Assembly (NCBI GenBank): GCA_964560005.1
Contig: CAZLKB010000003.1
Location: 40,712-104,711 of the forward strand
Source: an uncultured Gammaproteobacteria bacterium
GTDB lineage: Bacteria; Patescibacteriota; Patescibacteriia; Patescibacteriales; GWC2-42-12
Reading direction: 5' to 3'
DNA: 64,000 bases
Shown here piece by piece: positions 37,810 to 46,640 of this stretch. Numbering within the stretch: position 1 is the stretch's first letter; each line of letters opens with the position of its first letter. Below the pieces are notes generated by a model that saw only the letters and a list, made by a program, of their open reading frames with translations, made no database searches and was not told the origin of the DNA. Position numbers and translations under genes: made by a program.

Positions 37810-38590
37810 CTATCATATCCTCCGATTTCTCGTTGTACAATTTACCTCTCCAATCGGCATAAACTTCGCATGATTTAAACCCAACGCGTCTACACAATTT
37901 TACGAACTCATCTTTCGTGTAAACCTGAACGGAATAATCTTTTCTTTCTCTTCTCCCATCATTTTTTAACAAAATCCATGAACCGTTTATCCTCTTGGCA
38001 ATATCGTTATAGTTTTCCACTATTTTAAGTTTATCGCCGGATTTAAGAATTCTTATCTCGTTAAGTTTATATTCGCCGTTCACAATTCTCGGGATATTTA
38101 CATCAGTATGCATTAAAAATTTTCCGCCTGGTCTTAATGCCTTAAAGAAATTCATCAAAACTTTGTAATTGTCTTCTTCCTTATCAAAAAACCCAAACGA
38201 AAAAAACATATTTATGACTGCATCAAACTCGGAGTCGTATTTTATATCAATCATGTTCTCCTTGATAAATTCTACTTTAACAAGATCTTCCCTGGCGGCA
38301 ACTTTGGCTTTTTCTAAATGATAAGAATTAATATCCGACCCAGTCATCTTAAAACCTTTTTTGGCTAAACTAATACTGTGTCGGCCGTAGCCACAGGGAA
38401 TATCCAATATACGAGCGTCCGGTTGCAAGTTTAACAGCTTAATCACGCCTTTTACTTCCGCGTCAGTCCGTTGCCCCAGATTTTGTTTTTCACCTGAAAG
38501 ATACCCTTCTTTTGAATCATCCCCTTGCATATAAAAACGACCGAAAAATCCGTATTTTTCTTGCCACCAAAAAGTTTTTTTATTTGTCAT
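37793..38590 (-). CDS. Class I SAM-dependent methyltransferase
   Basis: Motif I ILDIPCGYGRHSISLAKKG. The start is taken at MTNKKTFWW (38590); the ORF-track extension to 38689 overlaps the dnaK 3' end. Confidence 0.8.
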   Translation of the reverse strand: MTNKKTFWWQEKYGFFGRFYMQGDDSKEGYLSGEKQNLGQRTDAEVKGVIKLLNLQPDARILDIPCGYGRHSISLAKKGFKMTGSDINSYHLEKAKVAAREDLVKVEFIKENMIDIKYDSEFDAVINMFFSFGFFDKEEDNYKVLMNFFKALRPGGKFLMHTDVNIPRIVNGEYKLNEIRILKSGDKLKIVENYNDIAKRINGSWILLKNDGRRERKDYSVQVYTKDEFVKLCRRVGFKSCEVYADWRGKLYNEKSEDMIVVATK

Positions 38591-38603
38591 AACAAAAAAT
38601 TTG

Positions 38604-40568
38604 TTATTTCTTTTCCGTAAACTCCCCTTCAATCGGCCCTTGATCTTTTTTCTGTTCGCCTGCTCCTGACCCGGGTTGCGCGCCGGCATTCGCCTGTTCT
38701 GATCCTGGTATAGGTCCGGTACTTTGCGCTCCTTGGGCGGATTGCGCCGACTGATACATAGCCGCGCCGATCTTTTGCGCCGTAGTATTTAATTCTTCCA
38801 TCTTCTTTTTTATCTCATCAAACTTATCGCTATCTTTTACCTTCTTTAAGGCCTCAACTTTTTCTTCCAATTCTTTCTTATCTTCAGGCTTAACCTTATC
38901 TCCAGCCTCTTTCAGCATTTTTTCCGTTTGGAAAATTACGGCCTCGGCCTGATTTTTGATTTCCACCTGTTCTTTTTTCTTTTTGTCTTCCTCGGCGTGC
39001 AGTTCGGCTTCCTTTTTCATTTTTTCCACTTCTTCTTTAGATAAACCGGAAGAAGCGGTAATGGTAATTTTTTGCTCCCTGCTCGTAGCCTTATCTTTGG
39101 CTTTAACATTTAAGATGCCGTTGGCGTCAATATCAAAAGAGACTTCCACTTGCGGAATGCCGCGAGGCGCCGAGGGTATGCCGTCCAAAATAAATCTGCC
39201 CAAAGTCTTATTATCCCCGGCCATCGGCCGCTCGCCCTGTAAGACATGGATTTCCACGCTGGTCTGACCGTCGGCCGCAGTGGAGAAAACTTGCGACTTT
39301 GAAGTCGGGATCGTGGTATTTCGTTCAATTAAAGGCGTGGCCACGCCGCCCAGAGTTTCAATGCCCAGAGTTAAAGGAGTTACATCTAATAGTAAAACAT
39401 CTTTAACATCGCCCTGGAGAACCCCGGCTTGCACGGCCGCGCCTAAGGCCACGACCTCGTCAGGATTGACAGTCAAATTCGGCTCCTTGCCGAAAAATTC
39501 TTTAACCGTCTTTAAGACTAAGGGCATGCGGGTCATGCCGCCGACCATGAGTACTTCCTCTATATCTTTTACATCAACGCCAGCGTCTTTAAGCGCGGCT
39601 CTAACCGGAGCGATGGTCGCGGCCACTAAGTCGCCGGTCAGCTCTTCTAATTTCGCTCTGGTCATCTTCATGACTAAGTGTAAGGGCCGGCCGCTCGGGT
39701 CAACCGTAATAAACGGCTGATTGATTTCGGTTTCCGGCATAGTGGATAACTCAATCTTTGCTTTTTCCGCCGCTTCTTTTATTCTTTGGAGAGACAAGGG
39801 GTCTTTAGATAAGTCTGCGCCTTGATCTTTCTTAAACTGTTCAATAATCCATTTAATTATCCTTTGATCAAAATCGTCGCCGCCTAAGTGCGTATCGCCG
39901 TTCGTAGATTTAACTTCTACCGTGTCCGAACTGACATCCAAAATGGAAATATCAAAGGTTCCGCCGCCTAAATCGTAAACCGCGATTTGCTGACCCTTCT
40001 TCTTTTCAAAGCCGTAAGCTAGCGCGGCTGCGGTCGGCTCGTTTATGATTCTTTTTACATCTAAGCCGGCAATGCGCCCAGCGTCCTTGGTCGCTTGCCT
40101 CTGCGCGTCATTAAAATAGGCTGGTACGGTTATGATCGCTTCGGTGATTTTCTCGCCGATCTTGGCTTCAGCGTCGGCTTTCAACTTGGCCAGTATCATG
40201 GCCGAAATTTCCTGCGGCGTGTATTCTTTCGCCTGCCCAGAGCCTGCCGAAGGGCCGATTTTCACTTTAACGCCGCCATTAGCTTTAATAATTTTATACG
40301 GCATAACTTTCAAATCGCGCTGGACTTCTTCATCTTCAAAACTGCGGCCGATTAACCGTTTAATAGAAAAGATAGTGTTTTCCGGATTGGTTACGGCTTG
40401 GCGCTTGGCCGACATGCCGACCAATCGTTCGCCGTTTTTCGTAATCGCGACAATAGAGGGCGTGGTTCTCATGCCTTCAATGTTTTCAATGATTTTCGGT
40501 TGTCCGCCTTCGATTATCGCCATGGCGCTGTTGGTAGTGCCTAAATCAATACCTAATATCTTACTCAT
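38604..40568 (-). CDS. dnaK: Chaperone DnaK (Hsp70)
   Basis: [18 protein letters not shown], the EEVD-less C-terminus and full-length Hsp70 architecture. Confidence 0.97.
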   Translation of the reverse strand: MSKILGIDLGTTNSAMAIIEGGQPKIIENIEGMRTTPSIVAITKNGERLVGMSAKRQAVTNPENTIFSIKRLIGRSFEDEEVQRDLKVMPYKIIKANGGVKVKIGPSAGSGQAKEYTPQEISAMILAKLKADAEAKIGEKITEAIITVPAYFNDAQRQATKDAGRIAGLDVKRIINEPTAAALAYGFEKKKGQQIAVYDLGGGTFDISILDVSSDTVEVKSTNGDTHLGGDDFDQRIIKWIIEQFKKDQGADLSKDPLSLQRIKEAAEKAKIELSTMPETEINQPFITVDPSGRPLHLVMKMTRAKLEELTGDLVAATIAPVRAALKDAGVDVKDIEEVLMVGGMTRMPLVLKTVKEFFGKEPNLTVNPDEVVALGAAVQAGVLQGDVKDVLLLDVTPLTLGIETLGGVATPLIERNTTIPTSKSQVFSTAADGQTSVEIHVLQGERPMAGDNKTLGRFILDGIPSAPRGIPQVEVSFDIDANGILNVKAKDKATSREQKITITASSGLSKEEVEKMKKEAELHAEEDKKKKEQVEIKNQAEAVIFQTEKMLKEAGDKVKPEDKKELEEKVEALKKVKDSDKFDEIKKKMEELNTTAQKIGAAMYQSAQSAQGAQSTGPIPGSEQANAGAQPGSGAGEQKKDQGPIEGEFTEKK

Positions 40569-40599
40569 AATTTTTATTATTAAATTAATTAATCAAACA

Positions 40600-40971
40600 T
40601 TAATTTTTTCTGATGGGCTTCTTGGTAAAAATTATTTTGCTTTTTTGATTTTTTGCTTTTTCACGAATAAAATCATATTTAGGATCGTCCGTTAAGTCAG
40701 CCAAGTTGTATATCATTCTTTTTATATCATGCGGACCCGGCGCATCTCCTAACTCTTCACATTGCCTTAAAATTATTTCAATTTCATTTGCAGGTAGCGA
40801 ATGAATATAAGCCATTTCAGTACTTATAGCACAATCTTGCCATTCAGGTTTTATGGCTTTTTTTAATGCCGCCATATCTGCATCTGAAATTTGCAAGGTT
40901 CTCTCCTCAAGTTCTGCCATAAAAGCCATATCTGAAGGAAAATTTGGTTTATTCTTGATGATTTCTTTCAT
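40600..40971 (-). CDS. Hypothetical protein (123 aa) co-transcribed upstream of dnaK
   Basis: Clean ORF ending 29 nt before the dnaK start. No family recognised. Confidence 0.5.
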   Translation of the reverse strand: MKEIIKNKPNFPSDMAFMAELEERTLQISDADMAALKKAIKPEWQDCAISTEMAYIHSLPANEIEIILRQCEELGDAPGPHDIKRMIYNLADLTDDPKYDFIREKAKNQKSKIIFTKKPIRKN

Positions 40972-41020
40972 AAAGCTATAAATTAATTCGTAATTCTTAA
41001 TTCGTAATTGGTAATTAATT

Positions 41021-41452
41021 TTATTTCTTCGCCGTCTTAATCTTAATCGTCTTTGGTTTGGCTTCCGGCGCCTTAGGTACGGCTATTTTCAGTATGCCAT
41101 TAACCGCTTCGGCCGAAGCTTTTTCGCCGATTACATGGGTCGGCAAGGGCACGCTTCGGTAAAAACTACCGCGCCTGATTTCTTTCCGATAATAATTTTT
41201 GTCTTCCACTTCGCTTTTCTTTTCGTTTTCACCCTTGATGATTAAAACATCATTTTCAATGGAAATGTCCACTTTTTCCGGGTCAATCCCGGCTAATTGC
41301 GTTTCCACATAGACTTTATCCTTATCCTGATAAATGTCCACGGCCGGAACCAAGCCGGTAAAACCGCCCCGAGCGGGCATGTAGTCGTCAAACATTTTGT
41401 CCATGTCCTCGAATGGTTCAAGGAATGGCGTCCACTTAATTATCGGTAACAT
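41021..41452 (-). CDS. Small heat shock protein (Hsp20/alpha-crystallin family)
   Basis: Alpha-crystallin domain (PAVDIYQDKDKVYVETQLAGIDPEKVDISIENDVLIIKGE...FYRSVPLP). Confidence 0.9.
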   Translation of the reverse strand: MLPIIKWTPFLEPFEDMDKMFDDYMPARGGFTGLVPAVDIYQDKDKVYVETQLAGIDPEKVDISIENDVLIIKGENEKKSEVEDKNYYRKEIRRGSFYRSVPLPTHVIGEKASAEAVNGILKIAVPKAPEAKPKTIKIKTAKK

Positions 41453-41510
41453 ATATTTGTTCTCCTTCCCCGCTCAAACTATATTCCAAAGCTTGAGCGA
41501 TAATTATATT

Positions 41511-41660
41511 ATAATTTAAAATGTAAATCTCAAAATGTAAAATGACAGTTGAAAATGCAAAATGTCTAAATTAATAATTTTAAACTTTACATTGTCATTG
41601 CTCTGCAATGACCCCGCATCTGCGGGGTGCTAGCGGAGCTAGCATTTTACATTTTGATTT
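41511..41660. repeat. Family A palindromic element carrying an inserted GC-rich hairpin, between grpE and hsp20
   Basis: aaaatgtaaatctcaaaatgtaaaatgacagttgaaaatgcaaaatg...actttacattgtcatt plus ctctgcaatgaccccgcatctgcggggtgctagcggagctagc. Confidence 0.65.
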
Positions 41661-41661
41661 T

Positions 41662-42525
41662 TTAACTTTTCATTTTATAAACTACCACCTTGGCCGCTTC
41701 TATCACCTTGCCATTAAGCTTATACCCGGCCTTCATCTCGCGAGCCACTTTGCCATCCAATTTTTTATCATCCGTTTCTTCGTTCTGTATGGCTTCCATG
41801 GTATTATGATCAAATTTTTCTTCCGCGGTTTTAATTTCCGTTACCCCGATTTTTTCCAAAACATCCTTAAATTGCTTAACCACATGCTTAACGCCGGTTA
41901 GCCATTCGTCCGCCGACTCATTATTATGATGTTCAATAGCCATCTTTAAATGATCGTAAACCGGTAAAATTTCTTTTAGCATTATTTCATTGGCAAACAT
42001 GGCGAACTCCATTTTTTCCTTAGCCGTCTGCTTCATTAAATTCTGATAATCAGCCAAAGCGCGCTTATATAGCCCCTCGTGATCGTTCTCTCTGGCTGTA
42101 ATAAATTTTTCCACGCTGACTCTGGTGTAAGGGTTTAATTCTAATTCTTTTAGAGCTGTCTCCGGCTTAATCCATTTATATTCTTCCATCTCCCTATTCT
42201 TCTCGGCCATCTTTCCGCCGGCCAGATGGGCGCTATAATCCAAAAAAACAAAATGAACTTTTCTTTCAAATTCTTTTGGATAAACGCAGTCCTGCAGGTC
42301 GTTAAATTTTATATTATCAATTTCCAAGCCGGTTTCTTCTCTAATTTCCCGCTTTAAAGCTTGCTCGCAGGTTTCACCTAATTCAACATGGCCGCCCGGA
42401 ATCTGCCAGTATGCTCCCCACTTTGAAGATTTGGTTAATAAAATTTCGTCCTGATTATTATAAATTATCGCCGCCACTACGGTTTCCGGATATTTTTTAT
42501 CGCTCTTTTTTATTTCTTCCGCCAT
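41662..42525 (-). CDS. grpE: Nudix hydrolase domain fused to nucleotide exchange factor GrpE
   Basis: N-terminal Nudix box (GGHVELGETCEQALKREIREETGL, residues 44-67). C-terminal GrpE helical pair and beta domain (PVYDHLKMAIEHH...FDHNTMEAIQ...GYKLNGKVIEAAKVVVYK). Position between hrcA and dnaK. Confidence 0.8.
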   Translation of the reverse strand: MAEEIKKSDKKYPETVVAAIIYNNQDEILLTKSSKWGAYWQIPGGHVELGETCEQALKREIREETGLEIDNIKFNDLQDCVYPKEFERKVHFVFLDYSAHLAGGKMAEKNREMEEYKWIKPETALKELELNPYTRVSVEKFITARENDHEGLYKRALADYQNLMKQTAKEKMEFAMFANEIMLKEILPVYDHLKMAIEHHNNESADEWLTGVKHVVKQFKDVLEKIGVTEIKTAEEKFDHNTMEAIQNEETDDKKLDGKVAREMKAGYKLNGKVIEAAKVVVYKMKS

Positions 42526-42526
42526 A

Positions 42527-43213
42527 TTATTTCTCTATTAAAATATCATTAATAAATTTTACTAACGCTAAGTTTTTTTCATAATTCATCCTCATCGGCC
42601 CTAATACTCCCACTAATCCGACATTATCGCCCAACCGATATTTCGTAATAATGACACTACAATAAGCGCCGAACGGATTTTTCGCGCCCAGCATAATCTG
42701 CGTCCCGAATTTTAAATCATTAAAAATGCGGCCGATGATTTCATCCAGGCGATCAATCAAGCCGGAAATATCATAAATCATATCGGCTTGGGAAAATTCC
42801 GGCTGATGCAAAAGGTTGGAAACCCCGGTGTAATATAAATTATGCTTGTGGAAAGCCCAGAAAATCGCGTTGCCGGAAATTTTTGCCATAATCTTGGCCG
42901 CTTGCTTAAAGCTCATTTCTTCCTTCTTGGCCAAGATTTCTTTAAAAATTTTTGCTTCGCTTTCGCTTAACTTCTTTTCGCTTAAGTTTTCCAAATAAAA
43001 ATTATAGGCTTTTTCCGTCGGGATGCGGCCGGCCGAAGTATGCGGCTGGGCGATGTATCCGGCTTCTTCCAGGTCCGCCATTTCATTTCTAACCGTGGCC
43101 GAAGAAATGTCCAAATTATACTTTTCCACCAAGCCTTCAGAACCGATGGGCATAGCGGTTTTTATGTATTCTTTGATTATGGTCTTTAGTATTAATTCCT
43201 TGCGTTTGTCCAT
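42527..43213 (-). CDS. hrcA: Heat-inducible transcription repressor HrcA (short form)
   Basis: N-terminal wHTH (ELILKTIIKEYIKTAMPIGSEGLVEKYNLDISSATVRNEMADLEEAGYI). A CIRCE operator sits upstream. Confidence 0.85.
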   Translation of the reverse strand: MDKRKELILKTIIKEYIKTAMPIGSEGLVEKYNLDISSATVRNEMADLEEAGYIAQPHTSAGRIPTEKAYNFYLENLSEKKLSESEAKIFKEILAKKEEMSFKQAAKIMAKISGNAIFWAFHKHNLYYTGVSNLLHQPEFSQADMIYDISGLIDRLDEIIGRIFNDLKFGTQIMLGAKNPFGAYCSVIITKYRLGDNVGLVGVLGPMRMNYEKNLALVKFINDILIEK

Positions 43214-43297
43214 AGATTTGTCCCCCTTCTAATCGGGGGATTTTCCCCAGAGGCGGATCCGCCTTCGGCGGAAAGGGGGTTTAATATCCTTGTTTCC

Positions 43298-43326
43298 ATT
43301 ATATAAAACATTAGCACTCCTGTCAA
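43298..43326 (-). promoter_or_regulatory. Sigma70 promoter of the hrcA operon (TTGACA-N17-TATAAT on the minus strand) overlapping CIRCE
   Basis: Minus-strand -35 ttgaca (complement of 43321-43326) and -10 tataat (complement of 43298-43303), 17-nt spacer. Confidence 0.55.
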
Positions 43327-43337
43327 GAGAGTGCTAA
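43311..43337. promoter_or_regulatory. CIRCE operator (HrcA binding site), perfect inverted repeat
   Basis: TTAGCACTC-CTGTCAAGA-GAGTGCTAA matches the CIRCE consensus TTAGCACTC-N9-GAGTGCTAA exactly. Confidence 0.85.
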
Positions 43338-43452
43338 ATCATTTATTTTATAAAATAAAAAATGACTAAAATTAAACATTTTTATATATTTAAGGTTGAC
43401 AAAATTATATATTAATGATAAATTTATTACTCCACATACCATGCGGTAACAA

Positions 43453-43767
43453 TTGGACAACACACTCTGGCTAGTTGCCAGCCAAACTCTGCCGACAGAA
43501 AAAATGAGCAGAATAGAATACCAACATCCGACAGAACCGAAGGCTATGGCCATCGGCGTGGATCAATTCATGGTCCCCGGCGACTCTGACCCTAGAACCT
43601 TCCTTCAAATTTGGGACACTACTACAGGCAACCAACCCACTAACGAGGAAGGCTTTAATAATCTCCTCGTCAACAGGCTTGACGTGGACGTTGACCAAGT
43701 AATAACGGTCGCCAAACAATACGGCTTTAAAGTGCCGGAGGTAGAAGTCTTCGAGCTCTTTGATTAA
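43453..43767 (+). CDS. Hypothetical protein (104 aa), GC-richer than its surroundings
   Basis: Plus-strand ORF preferred over the overlapping antisense ORF. It ends at a hairpin plus T-run shared with the mrdA 3' end. Confidence 0.35.
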   Translation: MDNTLWLVASQTLPTEKMSRIEYQHPTEPKAMAIGVDQFMVPGDSDPRTFLQIWDTTTGNQPTNEEGFNNLLVNRLDVDVDQVITVAKQYGFKVPEVEVFELFD

Positions 43768-43807
43768 TCCGAACAATCCGCACGAGCACAAGCTACGGCG
43801 GGTTTTT

Positions 43808-45763
43808 TTATTTCCTGCTAAACCACCAATCCAATACCTCCTTGGCGATGGGCACGGCTACGGAAGAGCCTTCCCCGCCCTGCTCAATTAAGATGGTTAG
43901 AACGATTTGCGGATTATCGTAGGGCGCGAAACCAGTGAACCAGGCGTGAGTTGGCTTGGTCGAAGACCATTGGGCCGTGCCGGTTTTTCCGGCCACCGGC
44001 ACCGGCACAGTTTGCAAAATCTGGGCGCTGCCTGAAACAACGGTTTGGCGCATGCCTTGCTTGACAATTTCTATATTCTTAGCGCTGACAAAATCGCTTC
44101 TAACCGGCTTATTATCCAATTCTCCAATAATTTTATCCTGGCTATCTAAAAAATACCGGATTAAGTGCGGCCGGTAGAGTGAGCCGCCGTTGGCGAAAAC
44201 CGCGGTATAATCGGCAACCTGCAACGGCGTAACCAGGAGATCGCCTTGGCCGATTGACACATGATAGGTGTCGCCGATATACCAAACTTCCCCCTTGGTT
44301 TCTTCTTTCCATTCTTTAGTGGGAAGAAAACCATCTACCTCGCCGGGCATATCTATGCCGGATTGCGTATCCAAACCGAATAGCTTTTCATAGTTTACCA
44401 TCCGTTCCAGCCCTAAGCCTTTAAAATCCTGGTAGCCGCCGCCAATGTAATAGAAAAAAGTATTCACCGAATTGGCGATCGCCGATCTGACATTAACCGT
44501 ACCGTGCCCGCCGGCTTTCCAGTCGGGAAAAAACCATTGATCAATTCTTAGTCCGCCGGTGCTTAAAAAACTGGTATTTTCATTAATTACCTTTTCTTCC
44601 AGCGCCGCCGCCGCGATCACCGGCTTAATTACCGAGCCGGACGGATATTCGCCGGCGATACAGCGATTGAATAAAGGCTGGTCCGGGTGCCCCGCGATGC
44701 TTTGATACTGGGCTTCGGTCATGCCGCGGGCAAAATCGTTATTATTATAAGAAGGAAAACTTACCATGGCCAAAATTTCTCCATTATTCGGATCTAAAGC
44801 GATAGCGCAGGCTTTATTAAGCTTTAGCTTCTCTAAAGCGCTGATTATTGACTCTTCTATTTTTTTCTGCAATTCAATATCTAAAGACAAAACTAAATTA
44901 TGTCCGTCTTCGCCCGCTTCTTGGGTAATAATTTTCTTTTCCTTGCCTAAGGCGTCCACTTCTATCTGCTTTTTGCCGTTAATCCCCCTCATTTCATTTT
45001 CCCAAAAATTTTCTACGCCGGCTTTGCCGATGTAATCAATTGGTAAATACTCTTTGCCGAATTTAGTTAATTCGTTCTCATTAATTTTTCCGGTATAGCC
45101 CAAAATATGGGATAAAGACAAGCTGAATAAATTGTATTCGCGCCTGGTCTTATTGGTTATGATGACGCCCGGCATATTATCCGAGGCTAAATATAGCATC
45201 ATGGCTTTTTCATAATCAATATTATCAGCAATAAATAAAGGCTGATAAGATTCCAACGATCCGGCTTTTACTTCGGCCAAAGAATTAATAATCTCATCGG
45301 TATTCACGCCGCTCAAATTTTCGCTGACTTTTTGAATTATTTTCCTTTGTTCCAGCTTATCTTTAGGCAGATCCGCCGGAACAAAATATAATAAAAAATT
45401 AGCCGAATTTCTTACCAGCGGCCGGCCGGCTCGATCATAAATCACCCCGCGCTTGGCTTCCAGCCTTTCCACTCTGATGCGGTTGCCTTCGGCTAATTCG
45501 TAGTAGTAGCTGCCTCGGGCGATTTGCAGCCAGCCGGCGCGTCCGATGATAAAGCAAAAAAATAATAACAAAGCCAAATTAATTTTAAAAATTTTATTAA
45601 TATCAAAACTCTTGCCAATCATTTCTTTTTTTCCTATAAAAGATGATTGGGGCTGTTCCAATTCCCAAGCGCCAAAATCCCTTTTTAATTTGCCGGTGCC
45701 GGTGCTGCCTTCCTGAATAACGAAGGGGTCGCTTCTGTTTATATGTTTTTTAAAAAAAATCAT
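43808..45763 (-). CDS. mrdA: Penicillin-binding protein 2 (elongasome transpeptidase)
   Basis: SxxK (SGSVIKP), SxN and KTG(T) motifs. Adjacent to the mreD-like gene. Confidence 0.85.
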   Translation of the reverse strand: MIFFKKHINRSDPFVIQEGSTGTGKLKRDFGAWELEQPQSSFIGKKEMIGKSFDINKIFKINLALLLFFCFIIGRAGWLQIARGSYYYELAEGNRIRVERLEAKRGVIYDRAGRPLVRNSANFLLYFVPADLPKDKLEQRKIIQKVSENLSGVNTDEIINSLAEVKAGSLESYQPLFIADNIDYEKAMMLYLASDNMPGVIITNKTRREYNLFSLSLSHILGYTGKINENELTKFGKEYLPIDYIGKAGVENFWENEMRGINGKKQIEVDALGKEKKIITQEAGEDGHNLVLSLDIELQKKIEESIISALEKLKLNKACAIALDPNNGEILAMVSFPSYNNNDFARGMTEAQYQSIAGHPDQPLFNRCIAGEYPSGSVIKPVIAAAALEEKVINENTSFLSTGGLRIDQWFFPDWKAGGHGTVNVRSAIANSVNTFFYYIGGGYQDFKGLGLERMVNYEKLFGLDTQSGIDMPGEVDGFLPTKEWKEETKGEVWYIGDTYHVSIGQGDLLVTPLQVADYTAVFANGGSLYRPHLIRYFLDSQDKIIGELDNKPVRSDFVSAKNIEIVKQGMRQTVVSGSAQILQTVPVPVAGKTGTAQWSSTKPTHAWFTGFAPYDNPQIVLTILIEQGGEGSSVAVPIAKEVLDWWFSRK

Positions 45764-45955
45764 ATTTCTACAAATCTACAAATTAGCTCACAAATATCAC
45801 AAATAAAATTTTTTGCATTATTTGTGATATTCGTGAATTGATTTACCTGCCTGTCCGGCTCGCTTATCCGGAGAGTAAGCCAGCCTCGCCGAGTCTAGGC
45901 GGGCGAGGCGGGCAGTTAAATTTGTGAATAATTAAATGAATAAATCTAAATAATC

Positions 45956-46525
45956 CTAATACTTTCCTCTTTTCATTAAAAAAACCGGCCGTAAATTTCC
46001 GCCCAGAAAATGAATTAAGTAATAGATAAGCAAAGTAAACAGTAAATTTAAACTCAGCTGTTTTAAGATGGTGGTCCAAAAGTTCAAATCCGCTAAAAAC
46101 CAGTATTGATCGGTTTCAATAAAAATTATGGATATGAAATTTATGATTAATTCATAAACCGCGGTCGCCAAAGCGACTAAAGCCAAAAAGGAATACAACG
46201 AACGGTTGGTAAAGAAATAGTTCAATAAAAAATTAGCGATAATAACGGTCAGGCTCATGCTTATAAGATAAGCGCTAAAGGGCAAAAAAGAAAAAATATC
46301 CAGCATAAATCCGGCTCCAACCGACCACCAGGCGGCGAAGTTAAAACCGGAAAAACCTAAAATAAAGATCAAAACCACTAAGACCAGGTTCAAATTAAAT
46401 AACCAGCCCGGCAAACCGCTGATAAAAGCGATTTGCACCGTCACCAGGCTGATAATAAATATAATATTGGCAATTATTTTGACAACCATATTATTTCGCA
46501 ATATTTTTATTACCCACAAAATCAA
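45956..46525 (-). CDS. mreD: Rod shape-determining protein MreD-like (polytopic membrane protein)
   Basis: Hydrophobic 5-6 TM protein immediately upstream of mrdA. Weak family signal; the true start may be at MVVKII (46489). Confidence 0.45.
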   Translation of the reverse strand: MILWVIKILRNNMVVKIIANIIFIISLVTVQIAFISGLPGWLFNLNLVLVVLIFILGFSGFNFAAWWSVGAGFMLDIFSFLPFSAYLISMSLTVIIANFLLNYFFTNRSLYSFLALVALATAVYELIINFISIIFIETDQYWFLADLNFWTTILKQLSLNLLFTLLIYYLIHFLGGNLRPVFLMKRGKY

Positions 46526-46640
46526 CGTTAATTCGCTATAAATTCGCGATTAATTTGCTTTGTTTATCTTAACAAAAAACTAACAAAAAAGCCACTTGCC
46601 TTAAGTGGCTAAATTTTTATTGTCAAAGACTGCTAGAGTT

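Noticed and set aside
38956-40695. Plus-strand ORFs (103, 146, 86 and 187 aa) overlapping dnaK
   Set aside because: They are antisense shadow ORFs within dnaK. The 40132-40695 ORF also runs through the dnaK start and an intergenic spacer.
43471-43791. 106-aa minus-strand ORF overlapping the 104-aa plus-strand ORF
   Set aside because: Only one of the pair can be real. The plus-strand ORF has an upstream TTGACA and a downstream terminator, so the minus ORF was discarded. This was a low-confidence choice.
45864-46079. 71-aa minus-strand ORF between mreD and mrdA
   Set aside because: It consists largely of the GC-rich hairpin element (family D) and overlaps the mreD 3' end. It is not coding.
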